DNA of 38,686 bases from Eubacteriales bacterium (GTDB lineage Bacteria > Bacillota > Clostridia > Oscillospirales > CAG-272). The stretch spans positions 1 through 38,686 of the forward strand of contig JAZQYT010000012.1 of the NCBI GenBank assembly GCA_045633665.1, given 5' to 3'. Shown piece by piece: positions 14,785-23,522 of the stretch (the first letter of the stretch is position 1; every line of letters starts with the position of its first letter). The notes beneath the pieces were generated by a model. It worked only from the letters and a program-made list of their open reading frames with translations. It was not told where the DNA came from and searched no databases. Both the position numbers and the translations under genes were made by a program.

Positions 14785-16860
14785 TCAAATTCCGTAAATA
14801 TCCTTCAATTCCTCTTCCGTGCACCCAAACAGCTCCAGTACGGCTTCCTTATCCGTATATTTGCCGGGCTCGGTTGCTTCGAAAAAGTCGTACACCTCGT
14901 TGGGAGAGCTGTACTCTTCCTTCAAGATCCATGCAAGCTCTTTTGCGTCATATTCTTCACTCACCAGCTGATCGCGCACCTGCTCCAGGCTCATTTCGTT
15001 ATTCAACATATCCTGTACGTCAGCAAAGGTGTAATCGCTCTGCTTGCCGGTCGTGGTGTCGTCTTCGGTCGTGCCGTCGTCTTCACCCTCGTCCTCGGTG
15101 GTGTCGTCATTGGAGGTAGAATAGATCATATACAGCGTTGCCTCGTCACATTCAAACAGCTTGGTCAAATAATTGCTCAGCTCTTTGGTGTCTTCGTAAT
15201 CCACGCGGTCATCACCGTATTCATCCAAGAATCCCTTCATATCGTTGGGATCGGTGTATTCTTCCTTCAAAATCCAAGCAAGCTCGGTTGCATGGTAGCC
15301 TTCCTTCTTCAGGCGGTTTCTAACGTCATAAAGCGTCATGTCGGGATCTTCATCCATCCATGCTTTGATATCGCTCACGGTGTAGGGGCTGATCTTACCG
15401 TTGGTAATGCCGTTATCGGTCACTTCACCGAAAATACCGTCGATACCGGGAACGATCTCCTCCTCGACTACGGGAGGAACGTATTCAGCATCCTCGCTGA
15501 GCAGATAGTAATGCAGAATGATCATGTTGCCCTGAATCGATTCGTTCAGCGCATTGTATTCCATGGTCAGGGAATATACGGACGCATAGAAATCATCATT
15601 ATCATTGAAATATGCCATCAGGTTCTTCCAGCCGTTATAGGTTGCATAATAAGGAATGTTATACACCTCATAACACAGCAGCATGCCGTTGGAAAGCTTG
15701 GTCAGCTGATAATCCTGGCCATAATTGACCGTCTGCATGCGGATACCCGTTTCGGATTCCACCTTCATGATAAACAGGATGTCATCCTCTTCCTTGGACT
15801 CGCCCGGGAAGCTTGCCAGCTTATCGGAGGTATCCTTGATGAAGATGTTGTCCGCAGGATTGGCCTTGACGTAAGCGCTGATTGCTTCCATCTTGGCATA
15901 AACGTCATATACCTTCTCACCCGTTTCCATGCGGTTGTACATCTGGGTAAGCTTCAGGTCGATATCTTCGATGTACGTATCGAGATTATCCAGCTTGGAC
16001 TTGACGTCGTCATACTTCTTTTGCAGCTCGTCCTTCTTGGCCTGCATTTCGGGAACCAAGCCGCCCGTTGTGACGGTTTCGGTGATAATCTCACCGTTTT
16101 CATCCTCACGCGTTACGGTCGTGGTTGTACCCTTATAGACGTCGATCTGCTCTCTGAGCGCTGTCACGCCCAGTTCCTCCAGCAGCTTGTCTACGTCGGC
16201 AACCGAGGCCTGAATGACGGCCTGACCGCTGCTCAAGGTATCGGGTTTTTTCAAGTTGGAGGAATCCAAGCCTGCCTTTTCAAGCAGCGCTGCAATCACC
16301 TCGTCAGACTGGCGCAGCGTTTCGATCTCGCCTGCCACCTGGTTGGCCTCCTGTTTCAGGGTGTTCTTCTTATTCTCCAGCGCACGCATAATCATTTCAC
16401 TAAGCTCATCATCTGCGTTCATAGACGGGAACACCTCAGAAAGCAGAGCGCTGAGCTCCATGCGTGTTTTGAGCCTTGTATCATTAAGGATCTTGTTGTT
16501 CTCACGCATCGGTCTGTAGAACAGCGCGAACGTACTGATCAACAAAACAAGTCCAAGGGTTACAAAGATCGCAGATAAAACGATCTGGATCATAAATTTC
16601 AGCACAGGCTTGGGAATAGACTTTTTCTTCTTGCCGTTTGGCTTTACGTCGTGGGGCTTTTTCACCTCTGCCTCCGGCTCTTGGGACGGTTGCACCTCAG
16701 TCTCTACGAATTCCTGTGCTATTACGTTCTCAACGTCCTGTTCGACACTCTCGGAGGGTGTATGGTTCTTACCTTTTTTCTTATTATAGATACCGTCCGG
16801 CTGCTTTTTATAGTGCGGCTTCTTGTGCCCGATATCTTCCGTATGCTTTTTTTCCTTCAT
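14785..16860 (-). CDS. Bitopic membrane protein (691 aa) with a PilO-like core, a Lys-rich cytoplasmic N-terminus, a long coiled coil and two tandem C-terminal ~85-aa repeats
   Basis: The gene follows pilM-N, which is the usual PilO position. One TM helix (IQIVLSAIFVTLGLVLLISTFALF). Coiled-coil heptads are present. The segment ...ILFIMKVESETGIRMQTVNYG...GWKNLMAYFNDNDDFYASVYSLTMEYNA...GNMIILHYY resembles the PilO ferredoxin-like fold pattern. GGAGGG RBS. Confidence 0.6.
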   Translation of the reverse strand: MKEKKHTEDIGHKKPHYKKQPDGIYNKKKGKNHTPSESVEQDVENVIAQEFVETEVQPSQEPEAEVKKPHDVKPNGKKKKSIPKPVLKFMIQIVLSAIFVTLGLVLLISTFALFYRPMRENNKILNDTRLKTRMELSALLSEVFPSMNADDELSEMIMRALENKKNTLKQEANQVAGEIETLRQSDEVIAALLEKAGLDSSNLKKPDTLSSGQAVIQASVADVDKLLEELGVTALREQIDVYKGTTTTVTREDENGEIITETVTTGGLVPEMQAKKDELQKKYDDVKSKLDNLDTYIEDIDLKLTQMYNRMETGEKVYDVYAKMEAISAYVKANPADNIFIKDTSDKLASFPGESKEEDDILFIMKVESETGIRMQTVNYGQDYQLTKLSNGMLLCYEVYNIPYYATYNGWKNLMAYFNDNDDFYASVYSLTMEYNALNESIQGNMIILHYYLLSEDAEYVPPVVEEEIVPGIDGIFGEVTDNGITNGKISPYTVSDIKAWMDEDPDMTLYDVRNRLKKEGYHATELAWILKEEYTDPNDMKGFLDEYGDDRVDYEDTKELSNYLTKLFECDEATLYMIYSTSNDDTTEDEGEDDGTTEDDTTTGKQSDYTFADVQDMLNNEMSLEQVRDQLVSEEYDAKELAWILKEEYSSPNEVYDFFEATEPGKYTDKEAVLELFGCTEEELKDIYGI
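14788..15388 (-). repeat. Tandem duplication of a ~85-aa helical module (core ELAWILKEEY) separated by an acidic Thr/Asp/Glu linker, at the C-terminus of the 691-aa protein
   Basis: R1 is SPYTVSDIKAWMDEDPDMTLYDVRNRLKKEGYHATELAWILKEEYTDPNDM... at about 15122-15388. R2 is SDYTFADVQDMLNNEMSLEQVRDQLVSEEYDAKELAWILKEEYSSPNEV... at about 14788-15036. Confidence 0.8.
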
Positions 16861-16877
16861 ACTGTTTCCCTCCTTTC

Positions 16878-18788
16878 TTATTGATCTCTGAATGCATCGG
16901 TATACTGCAGAGATACGACAAAGCGAACGCGCTGGATGGGATTATACTCACCCTCGATCTCTTCCTCAAACAGATCGGAAGAACCGCCGTCCACAATGGT
17001 CAAGCCCGAAATACCCATAATCTCAACGGTTTCAAACTCGCGCAGTGCCTGGATCACGTAAATGACCTGCTCCTTGCTCTTAACCTCAATGCCAAGGTTC
17101 AAGCCCGAATCGGTCACAGCGATCGAGGTGACCGTAAACGTAGAGGGCATCTCCTTTTCCAGCTGCTCAATAAAGGCAACCAGATTGTCATTGTTGGTGT
17201 TCATGTATTCCTCATCCATGGTATACATGATTTCCTCATACCATGTCCAGATACTCTTGGAGAAATCCTCGTAAACTGCGTACTGCGTGCTGTAAGCGGT
17301 ATTTGCGTAAGCGAAATCCACTTCCAGCTGCTCACAAGCCTGCTTGAGTGCCTCATAGGTTTCTGCCAGCTTCTCATGCTCTGCCTTGAGAGATTCATAC
17401 ATCTGCTTATCCTGCTCCAGCTGCTCCAGCTTCTGCGTATATGCCTGCAGCAGGTCGCGGACAGACTCTGCATTCAGCTTGGTATTCTGCTGCTCTGCCA
17501 CCTCGGAGAACAGCGCGATCTTGGCCTGATAATCCGCAATCGAATCCTGAAGAGTTGTGTGTTCTATCGTAACGTAGCCTGCCATAGCAGCAGAAATTGC
17601 AACGCATATCATAAAGACCAGAATACTCAGGATCAGTATAATATTGTGCTTGACAAAATCCGCGCGCTCCAGCCAACGGCGCTTGGCGCAAATATTCTCC
17701 AGCACCATGCCCTGCGCTCTGTCGGTCAGATTAAAGGGCTGCAGGCACGCACCAATACAAGGCAGATACAATCCGTAATCCGCAAGTACCTTGTGCGAAT
17801 TCTCGGGCTGCGGAGTAGCTCTGTGCGGCTTTCTGTATTCCATATCCAGCTCTGAAAACAGCTGTGCGGTAAAGGCAGGCAACAAAGCAGCCTGGCCGAT
17901 CACGGTGCCGTAGATCTTTCCGTTCCCGTAGCCCTCCACCGAGTAATAATACTCCATGATGCGTGTAATGACTGCGGAAAGCTCGGAGGCTTTCTGGTAT
18001 GCAGCCATAGACACGTTGAATTTTGCATGCTCGTCCAATTCGGGAGCTTCAAAGCCGTGAACGTTCTTCACATCCTGCTCATTTTGGAGCAGCGTTTCAA
18101 AGCTCTCGCCCAAGCCTGCGGAAACGGTACGCTGCAATCTGACCGTGCCGTCCTTGATAAAAGTCAGCTGCGTGCCGCCCGAATAGGGGTTGACGACCAT
18201 GTACGTGCTGCCCTCGGTATCCTCCTCTTGCTTGATCATGTCGGGATTTGCAGCGATCGCTTGCATGACGCTGTTGCCCGAAATGTCAATGGCCTCGATA
18301 CCGATCTCCATCATTTTTGCCAATGCGTAATAAGATCCCACGATCTGCTTGGGAACTGCGCTGGCCATGATGCGCAGCTTTTTCTGGCCGTTTTCCTCGA
18401 CCTCCTCCTGAACCGAATAGTCCAACTTACAGTCGCTGACGTCCACGGGGAAATAATCCTGCGCGTTTGTGCTGATGATATTCAAGATCTGGCTGCGCTT
18501 TACGTTGGGAAGCATGATCTCACGGGAAATGACACGGTCCGAGTTGACGCAGAATACACCGCGGTCACTCTTGATACCGTGCTCGCGCATTTTTTCGCGC
18601 AAAAGAGCCGCAAACGCTGCATCGGCAACCAGCGTGCCGTCATCCTCCACAGTTCCCGAGGGAGTCAGCACCGAGAACGATTTTGCTACTTGAATATTTT
18701 TGCTACTCATACGAATCTCAGCGACCTGCGTAACACCGTTGTCGATCTGCAACACGAGCAGGCGCTTTGAGCTAAAGGATTTACCCAT
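16878..18788 (-). CDS. pilM: Type IV pilus assembly protein, natural PilM-PilN fusion (~636 aa)
   Basis: The first ~350 aa look like an actin-like PilM ATPase fold (LLVLQIDNGVTQVAEI..., two RNaseH-like halves). One TM helix follows (IILILSILVFMICVAISAAMAGYV), then about 130 aa of coiled coil. The protein ends in a PilN-like domain (...STFTVTSIAVTDSGLNLGIEVKSKEQVIYVIQALREFETVE...RVRFVVSLQY). I take the ATG at 18788 (AAGG 8 nt upstream) instead of the TTG at 18809. Confidence 0.75.
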   Translation of the reverse strand: MGKSFSSKRLLVLQIDNGVTQVAEIRMSSKNIQVAKSFSVLTPSGTVEDDGTLVADAAFAALLREKMREHGIKSDRGVFCVNSDRVISREIMLPNVKRSQILNIISTNAQDYFPVDVSDCKLDYSVQEEVEENGQKKLRIMASAVPKQIVGSYYALAKMMEIGIEAIDISGNSVMQAIAANPDMIKQEEDTEGSTYMVVNPYSGGTQLTFIKDGTVRLQRTVSAGLGESFETLLQNEQDVKNVHGFEAPELDEHAKFNVSMAAYQKASELSAVITRIMEYYYSVEGYGNGKIYGTVIGQAALLPAFTAQLFSELDMEYRKPHRATPQPENSHKVLADYGLYLPCIGACLQPFNLTDRAQGMVLENICAKRRWLERADFVKHNIILILSILVFMICVAISAAMAGYVTIEHTTLQDSIADYQAKIALFSEVAEQQNTKLNAESVRDLLQAYTQKLEQLEQDKQMYESLKAEHEKLAETYEALKQACEQLEVDFAYANTAYSTQYAVYEDFSKSIWTWYEEIMYTMDEEYMNTNNDNLVAFIEQLEKEMPSTFTVTSIAVTDSGLNLGIEVKSKEQVIYVIQALREFETVEIMGISGLTIVDGGSSDLFEEEIEGEYNPIQRVRFVVSLQYTDAFRDQ

Positions 18789-18833
18789 CAGAGTTACCTT
18801 TCCTTTCAATATAATATGCGAATACGGGCTGCC

Positions 18834-19484
18834 TTAAAAGCCCAGCATGGAGAGATACCATGCAATGGCCGCATTGCCGAACAGGGCTGCAATAAACACA
18901 CCGATCGATAAATACGGGCCCATGGCAAGCATATGTCGCTCACCGGATATTTTCATGCGCAGAAGATGCACCACAGAGCCTATGATACAACCCAGCACAA
19001 ATCCAAGCAATACCAATTTCCATCCCAGCAGCATGCCGCACGCGGCCATCAACTTGACGTCACCGCCGCCAATTGCAGCGCCCTTGGATATGTAAAACAG
19101 TGCCATAAGCGGCAGACTGATCGCAAAAAAGCCGATCACGTAATCATACCAATGGGACAGATCAAATACCAACGCGATCACACCCAGCGCGAAAATAAAC
19201 ACGTTATACGCAAAGGGGATCTCATAGGTTTTCCAATCGATCCAGCTCAAGGACAAAAGGGCTGCGGCAGCAAGGCCGGTCAGAATGGCCGACGCGCTCC
19301 ATCCCATCACGCCAAACGTGGCTGCCCACAAAAGCGCCAAGGTGATGATGAATGCCGCACAGGCCTTGCCCGAGAGCTTATTTTTTTCAAGTTTTACCAA
19401 AAAGCGGTTGACAAGCGGAATGCACGCAGCACCTGCGCCTGCGCCGCACACAGCGGCACCGCTGATCAATATAGCAGGATGCAT
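18834..19484 (-). CDS. pilD: Prepilin peptidase, A24 family, peptidase-only form (216 aa)
   Basis: Both catalytic Asp motifs are present (SWIDWKTYEIP and GGGDVKLMAACG). There is no N-terminal Cys-pair (methyltransferase/DiS_P_DiS) region. Confidence 0.88.
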   Translation of the reverse strand: MHPAILISGAAVCGAGAGAACIPLVNRFLVKLEKNKLSGKACAAFIITLALLWAATFGVMGWSASAILTGLAAAALLSLSWIDWKTYEIPFAYNVFIFALGVIALVFDLSHWYDYVIGFFAISLPLMALFYISKGAAIGGGDVKLMAACGMLLGWKLVLLGFVLGCIIGSVVHLLRMKISGERHMLAMGPYLSIGVFIAALFGNAAIAWYLSMLGF

Positions 19485-19493
19485 ATCTTCTCC

Positions 19494-20714
19494 TTACAAA
19501 TACTGGTCGTACATGCTGTACATTTCAAACATGGGCAGCAGCACACCGATGGCCACGACACCGACCACCACGCAAAGCACCATGATGATCATAGGCTCCA
19601 TCAAGGCCATCATATTCTTGGTAGCCGCCTGTACCTCTTCGTCGTAGTATCCCGCCAGCTTATCCAGCATCTTCTCCAAGTCACCCGATTCTTCACCGAT
19701 TCTGACCATGTGGACGACCATGTGCGGGAAAAGTCCCGTTTGCTGCAGGGCAGTTGCCAGCGTGGTTCCCACGGCAACCTGCTCTCTTGCGCGAAGAAGT
19801 CCTTCTCTGAAGTAAATATTGTTCATGCTGCGCGAAACGATCTCAAGTGCTTCAATGATCGGAATACCCGACGCTGTCAGCGTTGCAAAGGTTCTTGCAA
19901 ACTCGGCAGACGCGGTCTTGACTGTCAAAGGCCCGAAGATGGGCAGCTTGCGCGCCATCCACGCAAAGAAATACGTTCCCGCTTTACTGCGCTTGAACAA
20001 CCATACGCCAAGTGCCAGCAAAGCGCCGACGATCAGGATCAGCCACCAATATCCGACAAAGAAATCACTCGTTCCCATAATCAGGCGCGTGATCCAAGGC
20101 AGCTCGGCACCCATATCCTCAAAGATGCCCTTGAACGTGGGAAGCACGAACAGCATCATGATAAACATGACCACGACCACGACGATCAACACCACGGCAG
20201 GATAGATCATAGCCTTTTTGAGCGCGGATTTGGTCTTGTTGGCATTTTCATAGTAGTCCGCCATACGGGTAAAGGCAACGGACAAGTTACCCGAGGCCTC
20301 ACCTGCCGAGACCATGTTGGTAAACATGGGGGCAAAGATACGCTTGCCCTGCTTGCGCATGGAGTCCGCCAGCATTTCGCCCTGCTGGATCTCCGTTTGC
20401 GTATTGAAGATCGCCTTGCGCAGCGTTTTGTTTTCGGTCTGCTGACCAAGCAGATCCAACGCCTCGGCAATCGGGACGCCCGCGTCCATGACGCTGACAA
20501 GCTGATGACAGAACACGCTCAGCTCACGCGGCTTGACGCTGTTCAAAAACGAAAGCTCAATATCCTTTGTCAGAAGGTTCTGTTCCTTGATCTCAATGGG
20601 CGTCAGGCCCTCGGCAACCAGCTGCTGTCGCGCCTGCTGAATATCCGGGGCTTCTACGCTGCCCTTCTTTTTACTGCCACTCTTATTTATGGCTTCATAT
20701 CCGTAAGTTGGCAT
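19494..20714 (-). CDS. pilC: Type IV pilus platform protein PilC / GspF family (406 aa)
   Basis: Two T2SS-F repeats, each followed by TM segments (...PIAEALDLLGQQTENKTLRKA... and ...PIIEALEIVSRSMNNIYFREGL...VRIGEESGDLEKMLDKLAGYYDEEV). Confidence 0.92.
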   Translation of the reverse strand: MPTYGYEAINKSGSKKKGSVEAPDIQQARQQLVAEGLTPIEIKEQNLLTKDIELSFLNSVKPRELSVFCHQLVSVMDAGVPIAEALDLLGQQTENKTLRKAIFNTQTEIQQGEMLADSMRKQGKRIFAPMFTNMVSAGEASGNLSVAFTRMADYYENANKTKSALKKAMIYPAVVLIVVVVVMFIMMLFVLPTFKGIFEDMGAELPWITRLIMGTSDFFVGYWWLILIVGALLALGVWLFKRSKAGTYFFAWMARKLPIFGPLTVKTASAEFARTFATLTASGIPIIEALEIVSRSMNNIYFREGLLRAREQVAVGTTLATALQQTGLFPHMVVHMVRIGEESGDLEKMLDKLAGYYDEEVQAATKNMMALMEPMIIMVLCVVVGVVAIGVLLPMFEMYSMYDQYL

Positions 20715-20727
20715 TTATTACTCCTTA

Positions 20728-21792
20728 TCAATGTCCAAAGCCTTCCATTTTCTTGGTCAGCGTTTGTTCATCCTCTGCATATTTTATTGCTGTTTCCTTA
20801 GTGATCACACCGTTGCGGTACAGCTCGTTCAAGTGGTCGTCCTTGGTCTGCATGCCGAATTTCTTACCGGTCTGCAGCGCGGATGGAAGCTGCGGGGTTT
20901 TATTTTCTCGGATCATATTTCTGATCGCCATAGTGGGGATCAGCACCTCATATACCGCAGTACGCTTGCCATCCACCGTAGGCACCAGGTTCTGACACAC
21001 CACACACTCCAGCACCGAGGACAGCTGCACGCGGATCTGCGACTGCTGCTCTGCGGGGAAAGCGTCAATGATACGGTCAATGGTAGACGAGGTATTATTG
21101 GTATGCAGCGTCGCGATGACAAGGTGTCCCGTCTCGGCTGCGCTGATCGCGATCGAAATGGTCTCGGGGTCACGCATCTCACCGACCAGGATCACGTCCG
21201 GGTCCTGACGCAACGCCGCACGCAGTGCTGCTGAGAAGGACATGGTATCCACTCCGACCTCGCGCTGGTGAATGATGGACTGATCCGAGGTATGCACGTA
21301 CTCGATCGGGTCCTCCAGCGTGATGATATGACGCTTATGGTGTCTGTTGATGTGATGGATCAGCGCGGCCTGGGTGGTGGATTTGCCGTGACCTGTCGGT
21401 CCGGTGACCAAGATTAGGCCCTTTTGCTTGCCCGACGCACGCACGACCGCCTCGGGGGTGCCGCATTGTGTTGTGGTGGGAATGCTGAAGGGCAAAAGAC
21501 GCATGGCCGCTGCAGGTCTGCCGCTTTCCATATACAGGTTGCAGCGCAATCTGCCGCATCCCTCCAGCGCGAATGCAAAGTCGACCTCACCGTTTTGCTC
21601 CAAGGTGCGGCGCGTACGCTCGTTGAGCATTTCATCGAACACGCTCTGTATATCCTGTGTTGTCAGCACTTGCTCGTCATAGGCCACGAATGCGCCCTGC
21701 ACACGGTATTCGACCGGCCTGCCGACCGTCAGATGGATATCCGAGCAATCATGCTCGGCTCCCGTGGTCAAAATCTGTCTGATGGTTACCAT
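20728..21792 (-). CDS. pilT: Type IV pilus retraction ATPase PilT (354 aa)
   Basis: Walker A GPTGHGKSTT. Walker B ILVGEMRD. His box GHLVIATLHTNN. PilT-specific AIRNMIRE motif. Confidence 0.92.
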   Translation of the reverse strand: MVTIRQILTTGAEHDCSDIHLTVGRPVEYRVQGAFVAYDEQVLTTQDIQSVFDEMLNERTRRTLEQNGEVDFAFALEGCGRLRCNLYMESGRPAAAMRLLPFSIPTTTQCGTPEAVVRASGKQKGLILVTGPTGHGKSTTQAALIHHINRHHKRHIITLEDPIEYVHTSDQSIIHQREVGVDTMSFSAALRAALRQDPDVILVGEMRDPETISIAISAAETGHLVIATLHTNNTSSTIDRIIDAFPAEQQSQIRVQLSSVLECVVCQNLVPTVDGKRTAVYEVLIPTMAIRNMIRENKTPQLPSALQTGKKFGMQTKDDHLNELYRNGVITKETAIKYAEDEQTLTKKMEGFGH

Positions 21793-21830
21793 ATGTACTC
21801 CGTTTTATCTTTTATCGATCTTCAAATTTA

Positions 21831-23522
21831 TCAGTTTTCGTAAGAAACGCTCAGAATTTCCTGGAAGGAGGTAATGCCCGAAAGCGCCAGCTTGGTCGCG
21901 CTCATACGCAGCGTCTGCATGCCGTCCTTCAAGGCCTGCTCCTTGATCTCCTCAGCATTGGCGTGCTTGTTGATCAATCTCTTGACCTCGGGCGACATTT
22001 CCAAAATCTCATATACACCGATTCGGCCGTAATAGCCCGTGCCGTTGCAGCTCATGCAGCCGCAAGGCTCCCAGATATTGGTGGGAACGCTTGGATCCTT
22101 GCCCATAAATTCCAGCTCGTACGCCTCAGCGCGGCGCATCTTTTTACAGTTGGGACAGAGTCTGCGCACCAGTCGCTGCGCAATGATGCCCACTACCGAG
22201 TCCGCGATCAGATACGAATCCACACCCATATCCAAAAGACGCGTGACCGTATTTGCCGCACTGTTGGTATGCAGGGTGCTGACCACCAAGTGGCCCGTGA
22301 TCGATGCCTGGATCGCAATCATCGCGGTCTCGACGTCACGGATCTCACCGATCATGATAATATCGGGGTCCTGACGCAAGATCGAGCGCAGCGCAGACGC
22401 AAACGTCAGCTCCGCCTTGGGATTGACCTGCACCTGATTGATACCGTCTATATTTGCCTCGACAGGGTCTTCTACCGTAACGATATTGACCTCATCGCGG
22501 TTCTTCTCACTCAAAACCGTGTAAAGCGTGGTGGACTTACCCGAACCCGTAGGCCCCGTGACCAGCACGATGCCGTTGGGGTAGGACATGATATGGTCAA
22601 ATTTTTCCATATCCTCCTTGCTAAGTCCCAGCGTGCTTTTATTTCTGCTCAGGCTCTTTTTGAGCGCAAGACGCATAACGCACTTTTCACCGTACGCGGT
22701 AGGCAGCACGGATACACGGATATCATACTCTCTGCCGTCCACCAGATAGGTCATTCTGCCGTCCTGTGGCTTTCTCTTTTCCGAGATATCCATGCCCGAC
22801 AGGATCTTGATTCTTGCAAGCACGGCACCCGTCAATTCACTCGAGTACGTATGCTTGACGTACATGACGCCGTCAATACGGAAGCGCACGCGCAAATGCT
22901 CCTGCAGCGCTTCAAAGTGAATATCCGACGCTCTCTGACGCGCTGCCTGCTCAAGCAACGTGTTGACCAGCACGACAATAGGTGCCGAGCTGACGTCCTC
23001 TCCACGCTCCTCCTCTATGGCAGCCGCGTTTTTACTTCTCTCTCTTTGGAACTGGTCGACCGCCGAGCGCATCGTTTCCGAGCCAAAGCACTTGTCGATG
23101 GCGTTCATGATCTCGGTTGCGGTGGATACGACAGGCTCGATCTGCATGTGCGAGAGCAGCTCCACGTCCTCGATCGCGCCCGCATTCATGGGGTTGAACA
23201 TAGCCAGCTTCATACGTGCAGGCACGTCCTCGGTCAGCGAAACCGGTACGACGCGGTGCTTTTTGAGCACGCCTATATCCACGCAGCGGATCAGATCGTA
23301 ATCCAGCGCTTTGCCCTCCAGCTCCACCAGCGGCAGCCCGTATTTGAAGGCTACCGCGTTTGCGATATCCTTTTCTGCCGCAAACTCGCGCTCCAGGATC
23401 ATTTCCTGCTCGCTCTTGCCCGTTCTGCCCGCCTGCATGATCTCGGAGATCTTGCCTGCCTGCTCACGTGTCATCTGGCGGTTATCTACAAGAATCTCAC
23501 TGATTCTCTTTTTGGATGTCAT
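21831..23522 (-). CDS. pilB: Type IV pilus assembly ATPase PilB / GspE family (563 aa)
   Basis: N-terminal GspE-N domain. Walker A GPTGSGKSTT. IMIGEIRD. GHLVVSTLHTNSA. Tetracysteine cluster CPNCKK...CGCMSCNGTGYYGR. Confidence 0.93.
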   Translation of the reverse strand: MTSKKRISEILVDNRQMTREQAGKISEIMQAGRTGKSEQEMILEREFAAEKDIANAVAFKYGLPLVELEGKALDYDLIRCVDIGVLKKHRVVPVSLTEDVPARMKLAMFNPMNAGAIEDVELLSHMQIEPVVSTATEIMNAIDKCFGSETMRSAVDQFQRERSKNAAAIEEERGEDVSSAPIVVLVNTLLEQAARQRASDIHFEALQEHLRVRFRIDGVMYVKHTYSSELTGAVLARIKILSGMDISEKRKPQDGRMTYLVDGREYDIRVSVLPTAYGEKCVMRLALKKSLSRNKSTLGLSKEDMEKFDHIMSYPNGIVLVTGPTGSGKSTTLYTVLSEKNRDEVNIVTVEDPVEANIDGINQVQVNPKAELTFASALRSILRQDPDIIMIGEIRDVETAMIAIQASITGHLVVSTLHTNSAANTVTRLLDMGVDSYLIADSVVGIIAQRLVRRLCPNCKKMRRAEAYELEFMGKDPSVPTNIWEPCGCMSCNGTGYYGRIGVYEILEMSPEVKRLINKHANAEEIKEQALKDGMQTLRMSATKLALSGITSFQEILSVSYEN

